This document shows, piece after piece, positions 30,705-39,559 of a stretch of 64,000 nt of DNA. The notes beneath the pieces are model-generated. The model saw only the letters and a program-made list of their open reading frames with translations. It ran no database searches and was not told the DNA's origin. Position numbers and translations under genes: made by a program. Every line of letters begins with the position of its first letter. Position 1 is the first letter of the stretch. Origin of the DNA: an uncultured Collinsella sp. (lineage in GTDB: Bacteria > Actinomycetota > Coriobacteriia > Coriobacteriales > Coriobacteriaceae). The stretch spans positions 7,405 to 71,404 of the forward strand of contig CAUFBM010000009.1 of the NCBI GenBank assembly GCA_959023295.1, written 5' to 3'.

Positions 30705-30715
30705 AATCCTCGTAA

Positions 30716-30791
30716 GCGGACATGGCTCAGTTGGTAGAGCACAACCTTGCCAAGGTTGGGGTCGCGGGTTCGAGCCCCGTTGTCCGCTCCA
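30716..30791 (+). tRNA. tRNA-Gly(GCC), third identical copy
   Basis: Identical to 28202-28277. Confidence 0.98.
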
Positions 30792-30794
30792 TTT

Positions 30795-30869
30795 GGGCGT
30801 TTAGCTCAGGGGGAGAGCGCTTCCCTGACACGGAAGAGGTCAGAAGTTCAAATCTTCTAACGCCCACCA
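30795..30869 (+). tRNA. tRNA-Val(GAC)
   Basis: GGGCGTT/AACGCCC acceptor stem, CTTCC-CTGACAC-GGAAG anticodon arm, CCA. Confidence 0.96.
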
Positions 30870-30877
30870 AATGTTCG

Positions 30878-30916
30878 CAGCTCAGAGGCTATGTCCTCTG
30901 GGCTGTTTTGTTTTTT
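30878..30916 (+). terminator. terminator after tRNA-Val
   Basis: CAGCTCAGAGG/CCTCTGGGCTG stem followed by a T-rich tail. Confidence 0.75.
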
Positions 30917-31231
30917 GTCACCAAGCGCGCCGCCAAATAAGTCATCAAATATTGATCCAAGGTCCGTACGCGATGGTCTTTGTATCCCGTAGGGGTGCCG
31001 GCAGATTGCATGTGTCCTGGCCCATCATGACCGCAACATGTTGGTCAAGGACAATCTTTTGGATTCTTTTGGCGCGAGCAGCTTGGTTTTGGTGCTATTT
31101 GGCGGCGGCACGGTTGAGGGGGTTTCAAAACTGCTGTGCAGGTAGTTGGGTTGATAACGTTTTAGCAGTCTGCCAAGAGGCCTTCATTTATAATGCGTCT
31201 GCAAATTGACCAATTGCTTTGACCTGCTGAA

Positions 31232-31279
31232 ACACTATATGTTGTGTTTGACCTAAAAAAAGAATACAGGATATAGATG
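31232..31279 (+). promoter_or_regulatory. tandem NrdR boxes upstream of nrdD
   Basis: ACACTATATGTTGTGT (31232-47) and ATACAGGATATAGATG (31264-79), 32 bp apart, matching acaCwAtATaTwGtgt. Confidence 0.8.
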
Positions 31280-31505
31280 CCTCTTTGTCGTATGATAGAT
31301 GGCGGACAGAGAACGAGAACCTTATTCGCCCCATTATTTGGATGGATCTTTGAGCCCCTTGATTGGCTGCGAGGATTGTCCGCATGAGGGCCTATGGTTA
31401 TCGAAAACACAGATTGCGCGACGGCGCCGCAAGACAGGGTAAGCCCTGCCGGGCATCGTTTGGCTCTGAAGCGCAATGAGGCTACGATGCGAAAGAGGCA
31501 AGAGG

Positions 31506-33728
31506 ATGAAGATCATCAAGCGCAGCGGCACCGAGGTTACCTTTGACATCGATAAGATCGTCAATGCGATCCGCGCCGCAAACTTGGAGGTCGAGGAAGG
31601 CTCTCGCCTTACCGACCGCCAGGTGATCTATGCGGCACAAAACGTCGCCGAGGCATGTGAGAAGGCCGGCCACACCGTATCGGTCGAGGAGATCCAGGAT
31701 CTGGTCGAGGACGAGATTATGCGTCTCGACTGCTACGAGGTCGCTCGCCACTACATCATCTACCGCTATGTTCAGAGCCTGAAGCGCCAAAAGAACACGA
31801 CCGATGACAAGATTCTGTCGCTGATTGAGTGCAATAACGAAGAGGTCAAGCAGGAGAACTCCAACAAGAATCCGACCGTCAACTCCGTTCAGCGTGACTA
31901 CATGGCCGGCGAGATCTCCAAGGATCTGACCCAGCGCGTGCTGCTGCCCCAGGAGATCGTGGATGCGCACAACGAGGGCCTGATTCACTTCCATGATTCG
32001 GATTACTTTGCCCAGCACATGCATAACTGCGACCTGGTGAACCTGGAGGACATGCTCCAGAACGGTACTGTTATCTCGGGCACGCTGATTGAGAAGCCGC
32101 ATAGCTTCTCGACTGCCTGCAACATTGCGACGCAGATCATCGCCCAGGTTGCTTCCTCCCAGTACGGCGGCCAGTCGATTTCGCTGACCCATCTTGCCCC
32201 GTTCGTCGAGGTGAGCCGCCAGAAGATTCGCGGCGAGGTTGCCCGCGAGCTTGAGGAGCTCGGTGTTTCCGCTCCCGCAGAGAAGGTGCGTGAGGTCGTA
32301 GAGGACCGTCTGCGTGATGAGATCCGTCGCGGTGTCCAGACGATTCAGTATCAGGTCGTGACCCTTATGACCACCAACGGCCAGGCACCATTCGTGACGG
32401 TCTTCATGTACCTCAACGAGGCCCGCTCGGTCCAGGAGAAGCACGATCTTGCCATGATCGTGGAGGAGACGCTTCGCCAGCGCTATGAGGGCGTTAAGAA
32501 CGAGGCGGGCGTGTGGATCACCCCGGCGTTCCCCAAGCTTATCTATGTGCTCGAGGACGATAACGTTTACGAGGATTCCCCGTACTTCTATCTGACTCAG
32601 CTGGCCGCCAAGTGCACCGCCAAGCGCATGGTGCCCGACTACATCTCCGAGAAGAAGATGCGCGAGCTTAAGCTTTCGAAGGGTGAGACCGCGGGCAATG
32701 GCGATTGCTACACCTGCATGGGTTGTCGCAGCTTCCTGACGCCCGACCGCTCGGGCAACGGCTTTAATAACGTTGCAAACGCGCTGAACTATGACCCGAG
32801 CAAGCCCAAGTATTACGGTCGCTTTAACCAGGGTGTTGTGACCATTAACCTGCCCGATGTCGCACTGAGCTCGCACCAGGACATGGACAAGTTCTGGAAG
32901 ATCTTCGACGAGCGCCTTGAGCTGTGTCACCGCGCTCTGCTGTGCCGCCATGAGCGCCTGATGGGCACGCTTTCGGATGCCGCGCCGATTCTTTGGCAGT
33001 ACGGCGCCCTGGCACGCCTTAAGAAGGGCGAGACGATCGATAAGCTGCTCGTGGGCGGCTATTCCACCATCAGCCTGGGTTACGCCGGTCTGTATGAGTG
33101 CGTCAAGTACATGACGGGCCACAGCCACACCGAGAAGGAGGGTACGCCCTTTGCCATGGCAGTTATGCAGCGTATGAACGACAAGTGCGCGGAGTGGAAG
33201 GCCGCGAGCGATATCGATTTCTCGCTGTACGGTACGCCGCTGGAGTCGACGACGTACAAGTTCGCCAAGTGCCTGCAGCGCCGTTTTGGCATTATTCCGG
33301 GCGTGACGGACAAGGGCTATATCACCAATAGCTACCATGTTCACGTGTCCGAGGAGATCGATGCCTTCGATAAGCTTAAGTTTGAGGGCATGTTCCAGCA
33401 GCTTTCGCCGGGCGGCGCCATCTCCTACGTCGAGGTTCCCAACATGCAGGACAACCTTAAGGCTGTCATTCGCGTGATGCAGTACATCTACGACAACATC
33501 ATGTACGCCGAGCTCAACACCAAGAGCGACTACTGCCAGGTGTGCGGCTACGACGGTGAGATCAAGATTGTCGAGGATGACGGTAAGCTAGTGTGGGAGT
33601 GCCCCAATTGCGGCAATCGTGACCAAGAGAAGATGAACGTCGCCCGTCGTACGTGCGGCTACATCGGCACCCAGTTCTGGAACCAGGGTCGAACCGAGGA
33701 GATCCGCGACCGCGTGCTGCATCTCTAA
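31506..33728 (+). CDS. nrdD: anaerobic (class III) ribonucleoside-triphosphate reductase
   Basis: N-terminal ATP-cone (IIKRSG), MGCRSFL, C-terminal CxxC...CxxC and RRTCGY glycyl-radical motif. Confidence 0.98.
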   Translation: MKIIKRSGTEVTFDIDKIVNAIRAANLEVEEGSRLTDRQVIYAAQNVAEACEKAGHTVSVEEIQDLVEDEIMRLDCYEVARHYIIYRYVQSLKRQKNTTDDKILSLIECNNEEVKQENSNKNPTVNSVQRDYMAGEISKDLTQRVLLPQEIVDAHNEGLIHFHDSDYFAQHMHNCDLVNLEDMLQNGTVISGTLIEKPHSFSTACNIATQIIAQVASSQYGGQSISLTHLAPFVEVSRQKIRGEVARELEELGVSAPAEKVREVVEDRLRDEIRRGVQTIQYQVVTLMTTNGQAPFVTVFMYLNEARSVQEKHDLAMIVEETLRQRYEGVKNEAGVWITPAFPKLIYVLEDDNVYEDSPYFYLTQLAAKCTAKRMVPDYISEKKMRELKLSKGETAGNGDCYTCMGCRSFLTPDRSGNGFNNVANALNYDPSKPKYYGRFNQGVVTINLPDVALSSHQDMDKFWKIFDERLELCHRALLCRHERLMGTLSDAAPILWQYGALARLKKGETIDKLLVGGYSTISLGYAGLYECVKYMTGHSHTEKEGTPFAMAVMQRMNDKCAEWKAASDIDFSLYGTPLESTTYKFAKCLQRRFGIIPGVTDKGYITNSYHVHVSEEIDAFDKLKFEGMFQQLSPGGAISYVEVPNMQDNLKAVIRVMQYIYDNIMYAELNTKSDYCQVCGYDGEIKIVEDDGKLVWECPNCGNRDQEKMNVARRTCGYIGTQFWNQGRTEEIRDRVLHL

Positions 33729-33910
33729 TACCGCTCCGGGGCTGAGCCGAGAGGGCCGCTTGGGCATTTGCTCGCTATTTCGGACAGTCCTGCGCAAGAC
33801 GAAGGCCACATTAAGTGGCCTTCTTTGCGTGCGGAACTCATATCGAGCAAAAGCCCAAGCGGCCCTCTCGGCTCAGCCAAGTTGACGTAGCTGAGATGCA
33901 GCATGCGGTC
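33708..33910. repeat. long imperfect palindrome, copy C, whose outer arm includes the nrdD 3' end
   Basis: Inner IR 33740-33878 (GGCTGAGCCGAGAGGGCCGCTTGGGC arms); outer 18-bp IR 33708-25 / 33893-910 with 1 mismatch; core TCGGACA...TGCGGAACTC. Confidence 0.88.
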
Positions 33911-34056
33911 TGCTCGCTTCTCGAAGTTCTTAGCGGAAATGAGTTGAGCTGCAATGACGATCTGCTTGCAATGGCGGTTGAGCTGCAGCTGAGTATTTAT
34001 TGGACCGCGAACCCTATACTCAATGTTCGCTTCGTTCATTGAGTTACCCTTTGCAT

Positions 34057-34140
34057 GAGGCCGGGACATATCGTCCCGCCCGCAGTTTCGCAGGCCGAAG
34101 GCCGAGAATGTTTGAGGACGGGATGATATGTCCCGGCCTC
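34057..34140 (-). repeat. imperfect palindrome, family copy D
   Basis: GAGGCCGGGACATATC arms; minus-strand core CGTCCTCAAACAT / GGCCTTCGGCC loop / CTGCGG. Confidence 0.88.
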
Positions 34141-34155
34141 CCGGGAGAGTTACCT

Positions 34156-34737
34156 ATGAACTACGCGAACATTAAGTATTTCGATATTGCTGATGGGGAA
34201 GGCGTCCGTACTTCTCTGTTTGTGAGTGGGTGCCGTCGTGGGTGCAAGAACTGCTTTAACTCTGTTGCGTGGGACTTTGCTGCGGGTGAGCCGTTCGATC
34301 GCGCCGTCGAGGACAAGATTATCGAGAGTCTCGACCATCCCTTTATCGATGGCCTGACGATTCTGGGCGGGGAGCCTATGGAACCCGAGAACCAGGTGGG
34401 GCTCGTTGACTTTGTCGAACGCGTGCGTGCGGCCTATCCTGTGGAGTCGGGGAAGACCATTTGGTGCTTTACCGGCGACGTGCTCGAGGAGCTTGTGCCG
34501 GGCGGCCGTCATCATACCGAGGTGACGGACCGTATCCTTGCCTGCCTCGACATGTTGGTGGATGGTCCGTTCGTTCAAGACCTGTACGATATCTCGTTGC
34601 GTTTTAGGGGCTCGAGTAATCAGCGCGTGATCGACATGAACGCCACGCGCGCTCGTGCTGCGCGTGAGGGCGTTGCGCTTTGCGATGCTGTGGAGCTTTG
34701 GCGAGACGATCCGGTCTATTCGACCCATACTATGTAG
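34156..34737 (+). CDS. nrdG: anaerobic RNR activating enzyme (radical SAM)
   Basis: GEGVRTSLFVSGCRRGCKNCFN, LGGEPM and FRGSSNQR motifs. Confidence 0.96.
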   Translation: MNYANIKYFDIADGEGVRTSLFVSGCRRGCKNCFNSVAWDFAAGEPFDRAVEDKIIESLDHPFIDGLTILGGEPMEPENQVGLVDFVERVRAAYPVESGKTIWCFTGDVLEELVPGGRHHTEVTDRILACLDMLVDGPFVQDLYDISLRFRGSSNQRVIDMNATRARAAREGVALCDAVELWRDDPVYSTHTM

Positions 34738-34804
34738 CTGGCAGAGGCTGCGTGCCGGCGTGGTACCATAGCGCGAACGCGAAATCGAAAAAAGTGAGGC
34801 CCAG

Positions 34805-35362
34805 ATGGTCGATCAGGAAAAAGTCGAGACTGCCATTAAGCTGCTGCTTGAAGGTATAGGCGAGGACCCAACTCGTGAGGGCCTGCTGGAGACGCCGGCA
34901 CGCGTCGCCCGTATGTATGGCGAGATTGCCGGCGGTATGGACCAGAGTGCCGAGGAACACCTGTCCAAAACTTTTGCCGTCGCTTCGAACGATTTGGTTA
35001 TCGAGCGCGACATTACGTTTTACTCGCTGTGCGAGCACCATCTGCTGCCGTTTTATGGCAAGGCTGCGATCGGTTATATCCCTAACGGTCGCGTGGCGGG
35101 TCTGTCTAAGCTTGCTCGCACGGTTGAGGTCTATGCCCGTCGTCTGCAGCTGCAGGAGCAGTTGTGTGCACAGGTTGCCGATGCCCTCATGGAATATCTA
35201 GCTCCCCAAGGGGCGATTGTGCTGATGGAAGCCGAGCATATGTGCATGACCATGCGCGGCGTGCAAAAGCCCGGCACCAAGACCGTGACGCTCGCTCGCC
35301 GCGGCGTCTTTGAGACCGATCCCGCGCTCGAGGAGCGGTTCTTTAGGATGTTGGGCCGTTAG
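34805..35362 (+). CDS. folE: GTP cyclohydrolase I
   Basis: [26 protein letters not shown] and HMCMTMRG motifs. Confidence 0.97.
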   Translation: MVDQEKVETAIKLLLEGIGEDPTREGLLETPARVARMYGEIAGGMDQSAEEHLSKTFAVASNDLVIERDITFYSLCEHHLLPFYGKAAIGYIPNGRVAGLSKLARTVEVYARRLQLQEQLCAQVADALMEYLAPQGAIVLMEAEHMCMTMRGVQKPGTKTVTLARRGVFETDPALEERFFRMLGR

Positions 35363-35363
35363 C

Positions 35364-35945
35364 ATGGGGGCCGTCAACGACTTTACATCGAAGACCGATG
35401 AGGGGACGCCGCGTCGCGGCTTTATGGCTTCGGGCCTGACTCCCTTTGGCGCCATGCCTCGCATTGATTACATTTGTGCCAACGGGCTGTTCCGGCGGCA
35501 TCTGGGCAATATTGCACAGTTGGAATCGGGGCGCATCTTTTGCCGCCACGGTATTGACCATCTGCTTGATGTCGCGCGCATTATGTGGATTAAGAATCTC
35601 GAGGAACAGCTCGAATTTGACCGCGAGGTCATCTACGCTACGGCACTTCTTCACGATATCGGCAAAGATGAACAGTATGAATCGGGTATATCCCATGATG
35701 TTGCAAGCGAGCGCGTCGCTGATGCGATTCTCGGCGGCATGCCCGATGACGTGGCGTTTGAGCCGGCCGATGCCGCAGCTATTAAGACGGCCATTCTGGG
35801 CCATCGAAAGCTGCGCGTGAACAGCCAGCCGCTCGAGCGTCTGCTTTATGCAGCCGACAAAGCGTCGCGCGCCTGCTTTGCATGCCCCGCGCGCAATGCT
35901 TGCAACTGGAGCGATGATAAAAAGAACCTGTCGATTCGCGTGTAG
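35364..35945 (+). CDS. HD-domain phosphohydrolase (start uncertain)
   Basis: FCRHGIDHLLDVAR, ALLHDIGK, ILGHR and ADKASR motifs. Confidence 0.8.
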   Translation: MGAVNDFTSKTDEGTPRRGFMASGLTPFGAMPRIDYICANGLFRRHLGNIAQLESGRIFCRHGIDHLLDVARIMWIKNLEEQLEFDREVIYATALLHDIGKDEQYESGISHDVASERVADAILGGMPDDVAFEPADAAAIKTAILGHRKLRVNSQPLERLLYAADKASRACFACPARNACNWSDDKKNLSIRV

Positions 35946-35988
35946 TTAGTTTGCGCGGTCGGGGTTCTAAACGAAGGAGACGATCGCG

Positions 35989-36474
35989 ATGAGTAACAAG
36001 AAACTGCCCGAGAATGCAACTAAGACTGAAGGCGCCGAACTCGCCCGCCGTGGAAGGGGCGAAATATCCACTGCAACGGCGGTGCCCCACGTGAGCTATG
36101 ACGATCTGCGCCATGCCGATCGCATTACTATCGACGGTCTCGAGGTCTTTGCCAACCACGGCGTGTATCCCGAAGAGAACGCGCTGGGCCAGAAGTTCAT
36201 CGTGTCCCTGGTGCTCTATGCCGACCTGCGTGCAGCGGGGGAGCACGATAACCTGGACGCCTCGATTGACTACGGCTCGGTGTGCCACGATGTCGATGGC
36301 TATCTGCGTGAGCATACCTTTAAGCTTATCGAGGCTGCAGCCGAGGGTGTGGCCCAGATGCTGCTACGTCGTTACCCCCTGCTGCTTGGCGTGCGTGTTA
36401 AGCTCGATAAGCCTTGGGCGCCCGTCGGTCTTCCCCTGGCAAGCTGCGGTGTTGAGATCGAGCGCGTGCGTTAA
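35989..36474 (+). CDS. folB: dihydroneopterin aldolase
   Basis: HGVYPEE..LGQKF, SIDY, LIEA and KLDKP motifs. Confidence 0.9.
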   Translation: MSNKKLPENATKTEGAELARRGRGEISTATAVPHVSYDDLRHADRITIDGLEVFANHGVYPEENALGQKFIVSLVLYADLRAAGEHDNLDASIDYGSVCHDVDGYLREHTFKLIEAAAEGVAQMLLRRYPLLLGVRVKLDKPWAPVGLPLASCGVEIERVR

Positions 36475-36480
36475 CCGGTT

Positions 36481-37257
36481 CTAATACGTCTCTATGGGTG
36501 GTTGCTTGAGCCGCTGCGACAAAACTCTATTGTTGGGACAGTACGTGTCGAGCAAGGCGTGAAACCGCTGATTGTGGCTTGGCTCGAGCAAGTGGACGAG
36601 CTCGTGGGCGATAACCATGTCGAGGCATTCGACGGGGTAGGCGGCAAGTTCTCGTGCGATGCGAACGGTGCCGGATTTGGGCGTGCATGAGCCCCAACGC
36701 GTTTTCATGCTGCGTACGGAAACGCGGGAAACGGCGACACCCATTGCGATTTCGTATGCGTGCACCATATCGCGCAGCGCCGATGTGACTTCGGACGTAT
36801 AAAGCTGGTCGATGTGGGCTTGGAGCTCGTCGGACGTTAGACCGTCGAGGATTGCGAGCCGCTTGGCCTGTGGGCCTTCGTCCGATTCGTCGGTACCCAT
36901 AAAACTTGCGAAGGTGGCCTGCTGGGGTCGCGGTGCGGGTGATGCAAAGTTGTGATCGAGTGCGTCCTGTACCGTGATGGGCTTGCCCCAAAGCGCAATG
37001 ATGGACGAGGGGCTGAGCGGCTCCTGTGCCGTCGTCTGACGTTGCTCGCGCTGGGCAAGTCGGCTGATAATCCAGGCGCTGTTGCGCTTCACAAACGCTT
37101 CGATACGCTCGCGGCTGGCGCCGAGCGGTGCGCTGGCGTGGACCTCACCGCTCGATGTGACGCGTAGGTTGAAGTTCTTGACGCGCTTTTTGGTAACGAC
37201 GACGGGGATGGGCATCCCATCCGGTCGGGGTAGGAAAATCGTAAACTGCTGCGTCAA
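36481..37257 (-). CDS. YgjP-like / M48-family metal-dependent hydrolase
   Basis: MKTRWGSC and HELVHLLEPSHNQRF (HExxH) motifs. Confidence 0.85.
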   Translation of the reverse strand: MTQQFTIFLPRPDGMPIPVVVTKKRVKNFNLRVTSSGEVHASAPLGASRERIEAFVKRNSAWIISRLAQREQRQTTAQEPLSPSSIIALWGKPITVQDALDHNFASPAPRPQQATFASFMGTDESDEGPQAKRLAILDGLTSDELQAHIDQLYTSEVTSALRDMVHAYEIAMGVAVSRVSVRSMKTRWGSCTPKSGTVRIARELAAYPVECLDMVIAHELVHLLEPSHNQRFHALLDTYCPNNRVLSQRLKQPPIETY

Positions 37258-37331
37258 AAGTTATCCTTTGGATTGGGGACGGGCCGGCATTTCGACCGTT
37301 CGGTATGCCGGCCCGCTCAAGGAATGTGAAA

Positions 37332-38345
37332 TTAATAACGCTCGAAGAAGGCAAGGGCGTTATCGCTGCAGAGCTTCTGCATCACGGTCTTGCCAAAGTG
37401 CTTGGAGAGCATGTTCTGGAATTCGGGCATCTTGCTGGCATCGGAGAGGAAAGCGGGCACCTTGGCGCCGTCCCAGTCGCCGCCGAGTGCGATGACGTCC
37501 TCGCCGCCCAGGTCGAGCCAGTGCTCGATATGTGCCGCTAGCTGGTCGAAGGTGACGTCTGCGGTGGTCTTGTCGGTCGCATCGTTGGATAGGAACTCGC
37601 TGCAGTAGTTGAGGCCGACGATGCCGCCCATGTCGCGAATGGTGCGGAACTGGTCGTCGGTGAGGTTGCGCTTGACGCCGCAAACCGCACGGGAGTTGGA
37701 GTGGCTGGCGACGAAGGGGCGCGTGGCGTGGGCGACAACCTCGTCAAAGCACTCATCGTTGAGGTGGGAGACGTCGAGTATCATGCCGGCGTGCTCCATC
37801 TGCGTAAGTGCCTCGATGCCGGCGGCGGTGAGGCCGGCGTGGGTGTCGTGGCCGCTCGCGAGCGGTCCCTGCGCGTTCCAGCTGAGTGACGACATAAGCA
37901 CGCCCAAGCTCTTGAGCACCTCGATCAGCGCGGGGTCCTCGGCAAAGAACGTGGCGTTTTCGATGGTGTGGATGCAGGCGACCTTGCCGTCTTTGAGCGC
38001 AGGGCGAATATCAGCGGCGCTGCGCACGTTGACCATGCGGTCGTGGTTGAGCATTGCCTGGCCGCTCATATGCGCCATGATCTGCGCCTGGAAGCGCGCG
38101 GCGTGGGCGGTGGGAATCTCGTCGGGGACAAACGTAGCGAAGCACTGCGCCCACGGCGTGTTGCCGATCTTTGCGAGCGAGATGGCGCAGGCGTTGCCCT
38201 CGATAAGGTCGAAATCCTGCGGATGCGTTTCGTCGCCGGGGAAATAACCGTCGGTGCCGGCGGTAAAGCGCAGGTCAAGATCGAGTGTGGCCCAGCCGAT
38301 ACGGTCGGCGGTGTCGCAGTGTAGGTCAAATACGGGATATGCCAT
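37332..38345 (-). CDS. membrane (renal) dipeptidase family M19
   Basis: DLHCDT, DVSHLN, ASHSNSRAV, RNLTDDQ and GGDWDG motifs; GGAGG RBS. Confidence 0.9.
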   Translation of the reverse strand: MAYPVFDLHCDTADRIGWATLDLDLRFTAGTDGYFPGDETHPQDFDLIEGNACAISLAKIGNTPWAQCFATFVPDEIPTAHAARFQAQIMAHMSGQAMLNHDRMVNVRSAADIRPALKDGKVACIHTIENATFFAEDPALIEVLKSLGVLMSSLSWNAQGPLASGHDTHAGLTAAGIEALTQMEHAGMILDVSHLNDECFDEVVAHATRPFVASHSNSRAVCGVKRNLTDDQFRTIRDMGGIVGLNYCSEFLSNDATDKTTADVTFDQLAAHIEHWLDLGGEDVIALGGDWDGAKVPAFLSDASKMPEFQNMLSKHFGKTVMQKLCSDNALAFFERY

Positions 38346-38465
38346 GGTTCCTCCGGTTGCAGCGTTTCTTTGCAAACTGTCAATGAATTGTATGACTAGG
38401 GTATAGTTAGCGCCATATGTTCACGGCGGCCCGCGTTGTGCGCCGCCCTTATCACGGAGGTTACC

Positions 38466-38894
38466 ATGTCCAACCAGGGCAAGAAGGTCAAGACCCATTA
38501 TCGTGGCACGCTCGATGACGGCACGCAGTTCGATAGCTCCTACGATCGCGGTGAGCCGCTGGAGTTCACCTGCGGTGCCGGTCAGATGATCAAGGGCTTC
38601 GACGCCGCCGTTATCGATATGCAGGTGGGCGAGAAGAAGTCCGTGCACATTCCTGCTGCCGATGCCTACGGCGAGCACAACCCCGAGATGGTCCTGACCT
38701 TCCCGGCCGAGCAGGTTCCCAACATCGAGCAGATCGAGAAGGGCATGAAGCTCTTCCTGTCCACGCCGAGCGGCATGCCTGTCCCCGCTGTCGTCATCGA
38801 TGTGACGTCCGAGGCCGTGACGCTCGATGCCAACCACGAGCTTGCCGGCAAGGATCTCAACTTTGATATCGAGCTCGTTGAGGTCGAGGACTAG
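38466..38894 (+). CDS. FKBP-type peptidyl-prolyl isomerase with IF domain (SlyD/SlpA-like)
   Basis: HYRGTLDDGTQFDSS, AYG and DANHELAGKDLNF motifs; no His-rich tail. Confidence 0.92.
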   Translation: MSNQGKKVKTHYRGTLDDGTQFDSSYDRGEPLEFTCGAGQMIKGFDAAVIDMQVGEKKSVHIPAADAYGEHNPEMVLTFPAEQVPNIEQIEKGMKLFLSTPSGMPVPAVVIDVTSEAVTLDANHELAGKDLNFDIELVEVED

Positions 38895-38897
38895 TTG

Positions 38898-39476
38898 ATG
38901 TCCGTGGACCTGGTAGCTACGGAGCGCTTGGGAAATCTCAACGACCCGTCCTATGAACTCCTGCTTCGTCGGGAGCTGGGTGGCGTCTTTGAGGTTGACG
39001 AGCTGCTACTCGATTGGGACCAGGCTGATGCGCGCCTGTTTGTGGGCGTGACGGAGCTGGGGCGCACGGTGAATGCCCGGCTGGATGCCACTGATGGCGA
39101 GCGTCTTGCCGACGGTGACGTGCTCGCTGTCGACCGCACGGACACGGTGCCCGTAGCGGTTGTCGTACGCCTGCGCAGCGCCGAGGTCTATTTGGTCGAA
39201 GTCGACCGCATGGATCCGATTGTGCTCGCACATGCGTGCTGGGAGATCGGCAACATGCATGCGCCGCTCTTCCGGGGTGACTCGGACGAGCATACCGTGC
39301 GCATGTATACGCCGGTGCAACCGGTTTTGGGTCGTATGCTCCGGGGCATTGGGGGCGTTCGGCTCTCGGTGGTCGCACGCGAGCTCGATGCCAGTCGACG
39401 CTTTGCATCGAGCGCGGCGGATGTTGTTGTGAGCATGGCTTCAGACTTTACGATCGTAAAAAAGACGCGCGGCTAA
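38898..39476 (+). CDS. ureE: urease accessory protein UreE-like nickel chaperone
   Basis: LADGDVL and CWEIGNMH (UreE GNxH metal motif); C-terminus recalls Helicobacter-type UreE. Confidence 0.7.
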   Translation: MSVDLVATERLGNLNDPSYELLLRRELGGVFEVDELLLDWDQADARLFVGVTELGRTVNARLDATDGERLADGDVLAVDRTDTVPVAVVVRLRSAEVYLVEVDRMDPIVLAHACWEIGNMHAPLFRGDSDEHTVRMYTPVQPVLGRMLRGIGGVRLSVVARELDASRRFASSAADVVVSMASDFTIVKKTRG

Positions 39477-39559
39477 GCGCGCGTATGCGCAAGACGGGCT
39501 TTGAGGGATTGCCATTCAAAGTCCGTCTTGCTGTTGATGAGAGGCTTTGGGGGAAGCAT

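Noticed and set aside
28202..30791. Three identical 76-bp repeats considered as a CRISPR array or prophage att sites
   Set aside because: They are complete tRNA-Gly genes with promoters; no regular spacers, cas genes or integrase.
31290..31505. Cobalamin riboswitch upstream of nrdD
   Set aside because: No B12-box or GCCACTG/GGGAAG elements recognisable.
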